Assembly (NCBI GenBank): GCA_036172245.1
Contig: JAYWIR010000004.1
Span: forward strand, 2,232,001-2,296,000
DNA: 64,000 nucleotides
Direction: 5' to 3'
DNA from: Raillietiella orientalis
Lineage: Eukaryota
The notes beneath the pieces are model-generated. The model did no database searches and had not been told where the DNA came from. It saw only the letters and a list, made by a program, of their open reading frames with translations. The translations under genes and the position numbers were made by a program. This document shows, one piece after another, positions 26,001 through 38,700 of this stretch (positions are counted from its first letter, which is position 1; every line of letters starts with the position of its first letter).

Positions 26001-28738
26001 AGTATATAAAAGAAAAAAAATAAACGGAAAACTTTGTTCAAAAGTGTGTATAAATGATGAAACAAAAACAAATTCAATTTGTAGTATTCTCTTATGGGGA
26101 ATTTTTCAGTTAATTGTTTCTTACCATTTAAAAAATGCTCTTCTGAAGTTTAGACACTCCTAATTCTTTCCAAATTTAAACAGGTGTATTAGTGTATCAC
26201 TTCAAAATTAGCTTTTTAAATCTTGCAGAAATGAACGTGCATTTGAACTGAGTGGGTAATGGGGAATATAGCAGAAAGTACAAAAGTTTTGAATAACTGA
26301 TAACAATAAAAATACTACGATGGACAAGATTAGTATGTAATTTTTTCATTTGGATGCTATGAAGTACCATTGCGATTACATGTTTATGCCATTACATAGT
26401 TTGTATTATATTATTCATACATGTTTTTTCAATTTTTAATACAGAAGTATAGTTATAATAATTGCGATATGCATGTCAAGTGAATGTAGATGGTTTGCTT
26501 CAGCTTTTGTCTGTATGCTGCCAGCAAAAAAAGGTGCTTTGTTGCCAGAGAAGTGTGCTGAATTGGGATTAAATCCAGGGCCTGAATTTGCAAAATTGAA
26601 AGCAGGACAGTCCGTAGTTTTGAGCGATGGCACTTTAATACAGCATGCAGATGTATGTGAACCAGATCAACCAGAATATTTTTTCATTGGTAAAATATGA
26701 TGATTTCTGTTTTTATGTGAAAATGTAGTTTTTCTCTTAATTCATTAAAGAGATGTAATTTAATTTAGAATACTTTTTCATATTATATTGCTAATTTAAT
26801 TTATTAAATATAACTCTATTATTTTGAGTCCATAGTTTGTTAATTTTTTTATAATTAAAAAGTCTTAAATTAATTTCCTTGGCATCAAATTAGTATTTTG
26901 AGATTTATTTCATTTTATTATCCTATGTGAACTAAGAATATTTTTAAAATGAAATTTTTGTTCTAGTTTTGGAATGTCCGAATAAGGACTATTTACCATC
27001 ACTTTTGAAGTCTTCACAATTCTTAGAAATTATGGACAAATCTCCTGAACATCAGAAATTATTATTTGTTGCTCATTTTAGTTCTGTAGAAGCAATGAAT
27101 GATTCACGATATCAAGAATGGATGAAGAAATTTCCCACTGACACAAAACATCTAATTTTGAATGATTTATGTAATGATAGTGGCTCAAATGCAATTCATA
27201 GAATGCAGTATAAACTCAATATGATTGATGAAAATATCTTTCCTGCATTGAAGACTCTTTCAATTAAGGCTCATGGTGAAGTGAATGGAGATACAAATGT
27301 TATTCTTGGAGAAACAATGATGACACATGTGATATGGCCACATGTTGAATTACGCAGGTGATATAAGATTGAAGAATAGTCATTTTTTCTCCTCTTCATT
27401 TATTTCTCTTTACTGGATAAGGTGTAGCCATTTGTATTTCATTCAAGTGATAGGTGTTTTTCTCCATAAGATCTGAACAGCCATTTGATATCAATTTTGA
27501 TGAATGTCGAAATCAGCTGGAAGAAATTTCCGGACTGGAGGAAGCCTTGACAGTTAGTAAACAGAAACTCAATTCGATAGAAGATGACAGATCTCGCAAA
27601 AAGTTTCCTAAAGTTTTGTTTCTGGGAACTGGTTCTTCTATTCCAAGTAAAGCTCGAAATACAAGTGGAATTCTTGTGCAGATCAGGTGTGTATAATTAA
27701 GAATTTCGAGAATTGGTAGTTTTGAGATATAATTATTGAAATAAAACAAAACTGCTATCTTGAATATTTACACAGTTTCTAATTCAACAATTTTGATTTA
27801 TTTGATAGCAATGATGTAGCAATGCTGTTGGACTGTGGAGAAGGCACACTGAACCAAATGTATCACTTTTATGGAAATGATGAATTTTATAATATGCTTG
27901 CAATTCTCAAGGCTGTATATATATCTCACATGCATGCTGATCATCATATTGGCGTAATAAGTTTTCTTCTAGAACGTGCGAAAATGTTTGCATTACAAAA
28001 CAAACCAATTGAACATTTAATACTATTTGTTCCCAAAACAATCATTCCTTGGTTAAAGTATTTTGATGAAATTGAACCACTTCTTCAAAATGTCACTCTA
28101 ATAACAAATTGTCAACTAATGAATGAAAGATCTTCAGATGTAGTCTTGCAATCTTTGAGTTTGAAGCAAATACAGACTACCTATGTGCATCACTGTTATC
28201 AAGCATTTGGTGTTTCTTTGGTAACTAATGATGATTTTAAATTAGTGTATTCTGGTGACTGTACTCCAGATAGTAGACTTGTTAAACTAGGTAAGTCGCA
28301 CAAGTTCTGAAGGTATGCTATTTCTCTAGATTACAGGAAGCAACTGTAACTTGCTTATCCATGAGGCAACAATGGAAAATGGCTTGGAATCTGAAGCAAA
28401 ATGCAAAATGCATTGTACCCTTTCACAAGCCATCCGTATTGGAAAAGAAATGAATGCTGAATTTATTCTTCTTACACATTTTAGTCAGAGATATGCTCGA
28501 ATACCTATGATTGGTGATCTTGATGAAAATGTCAATGTAGGTGTTGCTTATGATTTCATGATTGTAAGTCAGATGAAAATAATCGAGATTCATGTTCATG
28601 TGTGACCTTATGAAGGTATCCCCAGAAACCATTTACAGATTGCCATATTATCATGCTGTTCTTATGAAAATGTTTAGTGCATATTATGAAGTGATGCAGG
28701 ATCGGACAGAGAGGAAAAGAATTTGTACTGGAAAATAA
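22741..28738 (+). CDS. ELAC2: Ribonuclease Z long form (tRNase ZL, zinc phosphodiesterase ELAC protein 2), complete 9-exon gene, 762 aa
   Basis: Exons 22741-23072, 23411-23597, 24753-24897, 26504-26689, 26967-27357, 27471-27686, 27809-28290, 28337-28563, 28616-28738 (2289 nt, in frame). Motifs: YLFNCGEGTQR, GP flexible arm (GLNPGPEFAKLKAG), FLGTGSSIPSKARN, LLDCGEGT, ISHMHADHH, YSGD, HEAT, LTHFSQRY. Confidence 0.97.
23411..23597 (+). CDS. ELAC2: ELAC2 exon 2
   Basis: YLFNCGEGTQRL..HIFITNNSWKNLGGLPGL; catag| and |GTGAGT boundaries. Confidence 0.95.
24753..24897 (+). CDS. ELAC2: ELAC2 exon 3
   Basis: ENMFDKIRHFAP..DTFNDGLLKVESVPL; tttatag| and T|GTTAGT boundaries; phases fit. Confidence 0.8.
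26504..26689 (+). CDS. ELAC2: ELAC2 exon 4 (flexible arm/exosite)
   Basis: FVCMLPAKKGALLPEKCAELGLNPGPEFAKLKAGQSVVLSDG; phase-1 acceptor gcttcag|CT. Confidence 0.9.
26967..27357 (+). CDS. ELAC2: ELAC2 exon 5
   Basis: VLECPNKDYLPSL..VAHFS..YQEWMKKFPTDTKHLILN..QYKLNMIDENIFP. Confidence 0.93.
27471..27686 (+). CDS. ELAC2: ELAC2 exon 6
   Basis: FPKVLFLGTGSSIPSKARNTSGILV (PxKxRN loop). Confidence 0.95.
27809..28290 (+). CDS. ELAC2: ELAC2 exon 7 (catalytic His motif)
   Basis: MLLDCGEGT, ISHMHADHHIG, VHHCYQAFG, KLVYSGD. Confidence 0.97.
28337..28563 (+). CDS. ELAC2: ELAC2 exon 8
   Basis: LLIHEATME..HCTLSQAI..LLTHFSQRYARIP..AYDFM. Confidence 0.96.
28616..28738 (+). CDS. ELAC2: ELAC2 terminal exon
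   Basis: VSPETIYRLPYYHAVLMKMFSAYYEVMQDRTERKRICTGK*; AATAAA overlaps the stop codon. Confidence 0.85.
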   Translation, partial: VSPETIYRLPYYHAVLMKMFSAYYEVMQDRTERKRICTGK

Positions 28739-30080
28739 AGCTATGCATAATTCACATTTTTTTAATATCACAAATGTTTAGTTTTTTCAAGTGATTTCAC
28801 CCCGTACGTGCAGTTTGAAAGTATAAATGGTAAGCATTAGCATTGCTGCTGCACTTTGCTACATCACATAAAAAATTTTTACTCAAACGGATGTATCTAT
28901 ATCTGCCCTTTGGTTTATAGTTGTTGGTTCATATAGTCATTAGAACAGAACAGAGTAGGGATTTCATTTCATTAGAGTGTTTCTGTACTTCATAGTGAGA
29001 TCCAGAAGGAAGGCTGTAGTAAGGGGTAAGTTTGGTAGCATCCGATAAACTAGAGATTAAGGAATATGAAGCCCAAAGAGCATTGGGCAAAGCATTGTAT
29101 GAAAGGTAAATCTCCTTATAACAGGGAACAATGCATAAGCTTCCATGCAGAAGAGTGGAATGCTGCCAGCACCAGCCGAGTACGAAAGAAAAAGAAATTG
29201 AGAAGCGTCATAACGTCTGGTGTGCTTTATTAATGTGATAGAAGCGTCGCGATAAAACAAATCAGGAGACCACTATTTTCTGGACAGAGCTGAGACTTCA
29301 GCAATGAGTTTGGGTTCATTTCAGTATGCCGTTTCGTAGTATTTTATCATTTCGTATAAGAATCGTAGGGATTGGGCAGTGACCTGAATAGAGTACGAGG
29401 AATGGGTGGATCTCGTGCAAGGTCAGTCATTCAGAAATGTCGCCTCTTGTAAGCGTCGTGATCGAGTTATTAGTTCGCTTCCTAATGATTTGTTTTCTTT
29501 TCTGTGGGGACGCCATGTGCTGTATTCGTGCACACTTGAGTTGAGCGTTACACGAGACTGGTTTGAGACTGTTGCGTTCGGACCCTTGCATGGTGCCGTG
29601 TCCATTGGTGTAGTGCACACATGTTCTCCGAAAGTTGCAGGCTAGGCACGGCCTTGTTGCATCGAAAAGTGGAGCACCAAATGAAAGAAATGTTTAAATG
29701 CAATGCATTTCATGCAGAACATTTAAAAGGAAAAGTTGACGGAATGGGAAAGAAACGGAACCTTTGCCAACCAAGATAAAGAAGCTGGACATCAACCCAG
29801 TTAGTACCTGCGAAGACGGTAAGGAATCTTTGACCTATGGAGTCACCACATGGCTATCCACATGCTTCTTCGCTTATGAGCTGCTTTGGTAATCATAAAC
29901 ATCTTACATGTGTCACACTGCATGATGGTTTGTTTGTATAAGTGGAACAACCTACGCCATTACTCAACTTAGACCGTTTTGAAATGCAGTTCTTTTCTAG
30001 TTTTTCATATTTATTTTGTATTGCATCTCCATATCGTATTATTATTTACTCCTGATCCCGATGCCCATTACGTGAATTGA

Positions 30081-30947
30081 CCCTTTGCACTCCCCTGGGC
30101 TCTGCTGAGGGGACATTCAAAATGGCACCAAAGATCCACTGGCTCCGCTGAGGGGACATGCGTTGCGTTAATGCGTTAGAATGGGACCACAGTTATGCAT
30201 TCTTTACATTGCAGACCAAAAATATGCAACCTTTCGTCGGCATGCAAAGTGAGTGCGAACAAGAGCCGTGATCGCTCGCAGTTCCCTGTTACAGGTCGCT
30301 TCTCTGCAAACATTACACTCTGTACGGTGGCAACCATGATTTCTTAAAGTTTGATCGTTTTCGAACAGGTCCACGACTTTTCTATAAAAGTTGCTCCCTA
30401 ATTGCCATCAGTCAGCTGCAAAGCAAGTTTATAGTAAAGGCGGATAAAGAGGAAAGGGATTATGAAAATTTCGAATGGAGTGATAGTGAAGAAGAACTTC
30501 ATTCATACCTAGTTGATGACAGTTCAACTGATATCGCATCCGAAGATAGTGCTAGTGATGATGATTCTGGAATTCGTTCTAGTGATGGCGCAATTATTGC
30601 GGAACGGCGACGGAGAATCGGAATTATTGAGAGTGAAAACTCTTTCGGAGAAGATGAATGGGCCGATGGAACGGATGGCAAAGGGATTCCCAAGAGGATT
30701 AATTTTACAGTGTCGCCCAGGGTCACTGGACCACGGATTGCATGCAATGCTGTGGAACCAATAGAATGTTTCTAGTTATTTTTCACAGAAGAGCTTGTGA
30801 AGGGGATTATCGAAGAAACCAACAGCTTTGCAAAACATCTGACGAATGAACATTTTTAATTTTTTTTTCTTTCACATTTTTGACCCTTTCGAAAGTGTGC
30901 TGGAGTTGCTGGTCGGTCGTGTCAACAAACACTTGGAGAGCAAAGGG
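30081..30947 (+). mobile_element. Non-autonomous (internally deleted) piggyBac DNA transposon, copy 1, 867 bp
   Basis: Ends CCCTTTGCACTCC ... GGAGAGCAAAGGG (12/13 inverted match), flanked by TTGA and TTAA; subterminal direct repeat CTGAGGGGACAT x2; carries a transposase N-terminal relic. Confidence 0.85.
30437..30858 (+). pseudogene. piggyBac transposase N-terminal fragment
   Basis: Acidic N-terminus, then W..P...FT...G....PIECF*LFFTEELVKGIIEETNSFA, typical of piggyBac transposases; no ATG, one internal TAG, catalytic domain deleted. Confidence 0.75.
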
Positions 30948-32568
30948 TTAAATTGCTTCCGAGTGATGCCGCTACATGCAGCAACAACATGCAAAGTCTC
31001 GCAATGTTCGGTTTCGTCAGCGGAATAGCGTCAATCTCGTCAAACGTTAGTGGACCTCAGGACGTTACGGTTTGGCGTTAGACGTAGTGATTACATTCAG
31101 CATGCATTAAAGATTTCTAAAACCTATTATGGGCATACAAACTGCTGTGACATGTGTGTGCCTCATACTGAGCTGAACCCACTTCATAATATTCGCAGTA
31201 AAAACTGTGTAGTCATACGAACTGATTTCTGTCGAATACAATTTCATATTCATTATGTTGTGATCTTGAAGTGATTACGACGGTGATGGCTTGAGAATAT
31301 GAAGGCCTTGACTTTACAAGATGTTCTTGAGCTTCCTGAAATTATGAAATGATTCGAGAAAAAAAAAAAACATGTAGAGGGGATCAGCTTTGCAAAGCGA
31401 ATGTAATTTCCGGTTCCTAAAGCCAATGATGATTCTCCGTTGAATCCCCGATTTGAGATAGGTAGTGCCCATCAGGTGTACTTTGCTTGATGTAATGTTT
31501 AATTTTCAAATTCGTTTCCCTTTAGCCAGGCGTTTTTGGCGGATCAATTATTGCAAGCAACAAAAGAAATGATGCACTAAAGATGAAGCTCTCGAAGTGA
31601 TCAGCTGTACCAAAAGTTGAAGAATGTCAAACCAGTGTTGCAGGTTCCATTTCATATCAGATGCACTGACTGACTAGGAAGCTGCGTTGATGCTGTTGCC
31701 GAGTACTTGCGTCGTGATCCGTTCTACGTGGATGATGTGTTGCAGGTTTATGATCCAAACTATTGAAAATCGATTTCGTATTTTTCGATAGATGGCATAG
31801 ACGTGTCCTTTGATCACCGTTATTTTTATTTCTTCCATAAACAGCTACTGGATTGCTCAACTACAAAAGCTTATAAAAACTCATAGGATAACGGATACTC
31901 TTGTATTCTATTTCAGTATTATGGAGTCTGAGCAAATAAACGATAATAAGTTTGTATCTGTATACTGATTGTTATCTGAGGACCACAGAAGGGTAGAAAT
32001 CTTTAGATACTGTAATGGAAGTGGCGATAGGGGAAAAAAAAATTTTTTTCCCTCAATTCTTAAAGGATGCATTTAACATGGTGATTTTTCTCGATGCTGC
32101 TAGCGTTCCACCTTTCTTGCTTTTTCTTAACCCTTATTTATAAAGATGGATCATATTGCACGTTGAAAAAGCAGTGAAAAATGCGTAATTCTGTGAAGTT
32201 AGCAAGCAATGTCCGAGCTGGGAATCGAAATGAAAATCCTTTCAGTCACACTCTGGTTTGAGATTATGGATCATATCCTCTTCTGCGTCAAAATCAATTT
32301 TCGTGATCATCAGTATTAAAGTAAAATTTACGAAATTCCAGGAAAAATGTCTTGAATAGCAGATGATTCTTTTCTTCTCACATTCCTTCTAAACATGCGC
32401 GGCTTCAATTGCACTGTTGGTCAGTACGGTCAGGATGGTACGAAAGGTCTTAGGTTCTTTCCAAACTGGATAAGCTGTTTGGATAATTTCAACAATCTCA
32501 TTCAATTCAACTTTTCTCAGTATCTCATTCTGTTTTTTACGGCTTTGATTTTTGAATATATTCTTCAA

Positions 32569-33415
32569 CCCTTTGCTCTCCAAGCGTTTGTTGACACGAC
32601 CGACCAGCAACTCCAGCACACTTTCGAAAGGGTCAAAAATGTGAAAGAAAAAAAAATTAAAAATGTTCATTCGTCAGATGTTTTGCAAAGCTGTTGGTTT
32701 CTTCGATAATCCCCTTCACAAGCTCTTCTGTGAAAAATAACTAGAAACATTCTATTGGTTCCACAGCATTGCATGCAATCCGTGGTCCAGTGACCCTGGG
32801 CGACACTGTAAAATTAATCCTCTTGGGAATCCCTTTGCCATCCGTTCCATCGGCCCATTCATCTTCTCCGAAAGAGTTTTCACTCTCAATAATTCCGATT
32901 CTCCGTCGCCGTTCCGCAATAATTGCGCCATCACTAGAACGAATTCCAGAATCATCATCACTAGCACTATCTTCGGATGCGATATCAGTTGAACTGTCAT
33001 CAACTAGGTATGAATGAAGTTCTTCTTCACTATCACTCCATTCGAAATTTTCATAATCCCTTTCCTCTTTATCCGCCTTTACTATAAACTTGCTTTGCAG
33101 CTGACTGATGGCAATTAGGGAGCAACTTTTATAGAAAAGTCGTGGACCTGTTCGAAAACGATCAAACTTTAAGAAATCATGGTTGCCACCGTACAGAGTG
33201 TAATGTTTGCAGAGAAGCGACCTGTAACAGGGAACTGCGAGCGATCACGGCTCTTGTTCGCACTCACTTTGCATGCCGACGAAAGGTTGCATATTTTTGG
33301 TCTGCAATGTAAAGAATGCATAACTGTGGTCCCATTCTAACGCATTAACGCAACGCATGTCCCCTCAGCGGAGCCAGTGGATCTTTGGTGCCATTTTGAA
33401 TGTCCCCTCAGCAGA
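32569..33415 (-). mobile_element. Non-autonomous piggyBac copy 2, inverted, lacking the first 20 nt (left TIR)
   Basis: Reverse complement of 30101-30947. The ORF-track translations of the two arms are identical, and I saw one substitution near the right end. The right end GGG is flanked by TTGA. Confidence 0.9.
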
Positions 33416-34699
33416 CACAGCATAATGAATATGAAATTTCTATTTCACTAATTGCTTCATCTTGTAAAGCCAGTGTTTTCATCATAGGGTAAAAAAAAAA
33501 AAAAAGACGGTATACCAAGTGGTCATTATTCACCGGGAGGCAGTGCCTTAATTCGAGTTAGTTTAAAGCAGAAAATGGTTTGATGCTTTCAGTGTCTTCA
33601 GTGAGTTTGAAAACAGGTACAGATACAAAATAGAAAAATGATCTCGTTTGCTTACAATGAAGAAGTGATTGCAGAATACATGAGCTCTTTAGTGTACCAA
33701 AAAACATTCACAGGATATTCTTTTTGGTAACTTTAGGACAAAAAATATTTTGTTATGTTTTATGTTACGCATTTTTTTCTATTTTTCCTGCTTTCATTTA
33801 TCCATTAATATCCTTTTTTATATGCACCCGTGTGCCTCTTTCCTTTTGTCAGAGATAATTCGTCCACTTATTCATTCGGAAATGGAGAACAGATACGGGA
33901 AAACGAAATGATTTCGGGAATCAAGCCATAGAAAAGAAGACTACGAAGAAGCACATCTCGTATCTCTTAGTCTGGGAGAGTTCACGTGTTCAAACGCATA
34001 GATCTGTATCATGGAGCCAAAGAAAATCCTCTGTAAACATGCAGCGGTAATCGCCCAGAAATTACATTTCTGTGTCAGAAACCATGGAAACACACAGAAG
34101 GCACTTCTTTGGATGACAAATTGTAATAGGCAAATGGCCCTCTGTAGTTGGTACTTCTCGATTCCATGCACTGTACACGATCCGCGGGAAGCTCATTTCC
34201 CGGAAAGTACATTCCCCTTCTCACCGAGAAAGTCACGCAAATAAACGGAAGGCACCTGCCAACTATGCAAACAATTTTCTAGCTTCTTGCTCCACTCGCC
34301 GTCTACGTTGTCTCAGTTTTGGGATATCATGATTTCTCTCCTTATTCATCTCTTTTTTTCTTAATGGAGAGGAACGAAACATGGTTCCTATATGCGTCTA
34401 ATTATTAGTCTGCATTGGGTTATTCCCGATAAAGTTATGAAGTCCTTACAGATGGCATGGTTTCAGATTGCAATCAACACGATTCTTCCGAGAGATTTTG
34501 AGAGAGAGAGGGAGAAAAAAAAAGTCTGGATTATTTTAGAAGAGCTTTCAGGATTTCGGAAGATATCATTCCTCATGCAGGGACTGGAGGTTATAAGGAG
34601 TACTGAAGAATGCTTTGTGCAAGAAATACAGAATGCTTGAAGGATACATGGTTTGAGTAATACTGATTAGTCCTTGAGGAGGGTAAGCAGCAACTGTGT

Positions 34700-37600
34700 T
34701 TTTAGAACGATGATGCCGAGTGGGTATCCAGCAGATGGAGAAACGAGAATAAGGTACGAAGGTCAATAAGATACGATACGTTCGAGACGAAGTTATGTCA
34801 AATGAGATACAGACTTGCGCCAGAGACTGACTGCTAAGCTTAAGTAAAGTGTAGATTTAATTAGAACTGCAGCTCTAAATACGAAAGAACTACAAGAATT
34901 GTTAGGAAACACAGCGACGGTATCGGCAAATGAAAGACGTTGAAAAAGAAAAGACAGAAGTGAAAAAATTTGTGGAAAAGTTCGCAGCCATAGGAATAGA
35001 CACAAGAAATAATGGGGTGGATTCCATAGGAACAGATCTCCCAAAGAAGCTTACACATCTGCCAGACAAGTTTTTTTATCAGTATCTTTCTCTGAAGATT
35101 TGGGTAGACCAGAATTGACTTAGACAATAGAAGAGACTTCTCTAATAGAAGCAAACATGCTTTATCTTCTGAACAAGAACTTGACAACTGCCGTCAGGAG
35201 ACTCGAAGATTGCTTGGGGAAGGGATGGGGAAAAGGAGTCCATATTATAAGATTAAGAGTTTATTAAAAGTTTTACTATTATTAAAAGCTTATTATAAGA
35301 TCCTTTATTATAAGATTTCTTCGATTCAGACTAGCCATCAACATTACAGCAAATGAGCGAAAAATTAAGTTTTCAAATCAGAACATACAAGAGGAATGAT
35401 GAGGTCTAGAGCTAAGTTTAGGCAGCTGATTAGCGTGGACAGAGATATGATATTCTGATGTCTTGAAAGAACTTAACCACTTCAGGAGAGCTGGAGAAAT
35501 ATGCTGATTACAACTTTGATATTGGAGAAATCTAGGTTTGGTAGCAAAGAAGGTGCACATGAAGTATTGAGAATGTTCCGAGCTGACTGATGATTATGAC
35601 TCTAGAATTAAGTTCTCTATTCCAAATCAACCAAAAGCAATATTCTGTAGAATGGAAGGTCGAAGAAAGTACAGGTTTAATAAACTAAGAATCCAGACAA
35701 GCATGCTGGACCAGAGATCTATTATTGAAATTGCCATTCATAGGAAACTTTGGAATTTATGTTATAATAACCTAGGAATTCTAGTAGCAGACACCAAAAC
35801 TGAAAACCAGAAAAGATTACTCCTCTGAAAAGATCCAGCGTGCGAGAATCTGCAGCCTTGAAGAGGAAAGATACCTGATACAACTGGATTGATATATGGC
35901 ATTATTGATAAATTCAACTGCTGCTCATAACAAGCTGAAGATGCTCATAAACTTCACATAAAAAGTGTTTGTCCAAATAGTGGTGCTGTGCACTCACTAC
36001 TAAATAGGTACCAAGTCAATAGGCTGATAAAACATAAAGGGATTTGGATTCTGGATTATTCGAAAGAAGCTATCCAAGAGGGACTCGATGAACTGAATAA
36101 ACTGTATAAAGCCAGGAAAGGCAGGCTTGGATATGCCCACCTCCAGTCCTCTTTTCGTTGTAAGGTAGTTTGGGGGCTGAATCCAATAAAGAAAAAGTAA
36201 ATGACTGTACGGATGCGTTTGAACAGCTAAAAAATGAAAGGGCATCGATCAATCTGAAGCTAAAACTGCTTAGAGAGCAAAGTGCATATTGAAAAAGCAA
36301 TTTCGACTTTGTTATGATGAAAGCCTACAACGGTTATTTACTCATTTTTATCAGTCAGAATTGTTTGGTGTTGAGAGTGAACAGCCTTGGCGATAAGATC
36401 GCGAGTATGGTTTGTGTACTATACACATCTAACACGATTAAATGCATTCCATGAAAGTCTCAAACAACGTGCTATAAGACCGAAGCTGCAAATAGGGTTT
36501 AAATTCCAAGTTGCCGAAGAAGGCTTTGAGGACCACCATCGTAAAACTGTATTGCAGTCAAGTGCATAAAGTATCCAGTGTAGAAGTGTAAACTTATTCT
36601 TTCAAGCGTTCTTTTAATATAAATATATGTTTTTTAATATAAATATTTTTTCATGCATTTTTGTTTGGGAATTATTCCATACAAAAATACACTTCAGTGC
36701 TCAGATATTAACCTAAAATTCTACGCGAAAAGATGACTCGAATCACATTGCAGCAATACCAAATTCTTTCATCATATGCATAGTGTATTTTACAAGTATT
36801 TTGCAGTTTTTTTGTGGAACCTGGTCTATTTTTGGCATGTTCGTGCTCTAAAAGTACTTGCAAGACTTTGAAAGACTTTTAGTGAAAGACCTTCCAATGC
36901 TATCACAATTTCCTTAAGCTTCTTCGGTGCTGCTGGTGGAGTTACACAATGGCTTTCCATATAGCAAAGAAAATGGTAAAGATGCACTCTAGTAAGCTAA
37001 TAATTTTTGTTATAAAAATACAAGACATATTAATGACTCACTTTGATAGCGGCGTGCATGAAAAATGATGAAAGAATTAAGGAGTTCTATGAAGAGACAA
37101 ACCATAATAAAGGTTTTCTAAACATGCTAGCTGTAAAAGTTCATTAGGCAGATGTACACTGAAAAGATTAATGGGGTGTCGAGGAGCAGGATTCGTTTGT
37201 AACAAGCCACCAGGAGCAGTTATCCTTTTAGAAACTGTAGATGAAGTCTTAGATAAGGAACAGAGATTTATTACAGAGAACGGGTTATATCTTGAAGACA
37301 AAGTGAGCACCTAAATGAAAGAAATATGCTAACTCTAAGTGAATTCATTATCTGATGAAGTCTCGAACAATGATCTGTGAGATGGCACAGTGTTATAACG
37401 AACAGAATTTACTGAATTATCTAAAAGAACATTGTCTTATGGAAAAGGAGCAAATAGAACCTATTGGTGTAAATGAAGACTTTGTGCGAAATTTCATTTA
37501 TTGGTCGCTGAATGCAGAGGATCAGTTCGGGAATAGCATTGATGGAGGAGTTTATAAAGACATTCATAAATTCGAAACAAGAACGAGGTTATCTAAAAGA

Positions 37601-38700
37601 CACGACGCTGCAAAACTTGCTGGACGTACATAAGCATAAGCATGCGAGTCCATGCAAACTTTATAGGGAGATGTAGTCACATGCATAGGAACCTTTTTTT
37701 CCCCTGCCGATCATCCGGTTGCTAGCGTGGTCTTAGTAACTCTATTAAATACTGGGGAAAAAACACTTAGGAGAAAATCTATGACTACAAATATGGCGCA
37801 GAAAATATCCACTATGCTGTTACTAAGCAATTACACAAAGGAGCAACATCCGCTGGTCACACAAAAAACTGATAATATTATAAGGAAAGAAGAATTAGAA
37901 CTGCTATTAGTTGTCATCAAACCTAATAGCACATCACAAAACACATTTATGATTAATATTTGGGACAGAAGTAAAAGAAACTCAGCTGCACTTCCGTCCA
38001 ATGATGGGTTTTGCTCTGGTGGATGCAGACAGATATATATCCAAATTTACTCTAGATGAGATGTCAAAGGCTATGCAAAACACAGTATCTGTTTTCGTCA
38101 TAAATTTAAAGCAATTACATCAGATACATTAAGAAAAAATCCAAAGGAGTCTAAAGAAGTAAGCAAGAAAGCATCGATGTTACAAGAGTGGTTGAATTGA
38201 AAGTGCAATGTTAACCATAAGGTAGAGTTTCCAGATCCAGCATCGCAGTTTCTGGGTTGGATATGAACGGCTTGTTCCAGAAACTAACTAATCCTAAATC
38301 ATGTTGATGCTAGTTCATGGGAACAAAACAAGGAAATTTGAATGAGGAGAAGGCAGAATTTAATTTGGTGATTGTCGTAAAAATAGTTAATTCCTGCTAC
38401 AGTAGATAGCACCTGGAGGAAAACCTGTAATTAAAGCATTTCAGGTTCCAGATAGAGATTTTCATGATTTAACAAAAGATTGGTATGGTGTGGAACAGCA
38501 TCATCACATTTAAGTAAGTTGGATTTAAATAGATATCAGCATCTGACCTTTTCAGTAGTGAAAATGCTACAATGAAAGGCCATCCAGTTTCTGGTGCTTT
38601 ACCTCTAACAGTTAGAGTACAGAGAAGCTATTGCAAAGTATAAACCAGTGTAGCTTATCAGTCAACAACATAGAAACTTCTAGACATGTTCCCTATTTAC
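34700..38700 (+). pseudogene. Decayed intronless coding-like tract, possible endogenous viral element (reovirus-like RdRp fragments)
   Basis: Same-strand A-rich protein-like segments broken by stops and frameshifts; SR-x-APGGKPVIKAFQVP at 38401-38450 resembles reovirus polymerase motif F; no GDD motif seen. Confidence 0.3.

Noticed and set aside
24898..26503. Obligatory micro-exon needed to keep the ELAC2 frame
   Set aside because: The phase-1 acceptor at 26504 joins exon 3 directly in frame
30499..33017. Duplicated 82/83-aa ORFs in the ORF track
   Set aside because: They are alternative frames of the piggyBac relic duplicated in the inverted repeat, not genes
30081..33415. Composite transposon mobilising the 1.6 kb spacer
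   Set aside because: The outer end of copy 2 lacks its TIR and there is no shared outer target duplication
33970..34080. FTCS..LCKHAAV SWIM-like motif (MULE transposase)
   Set aside because: Too short and disrupted to support
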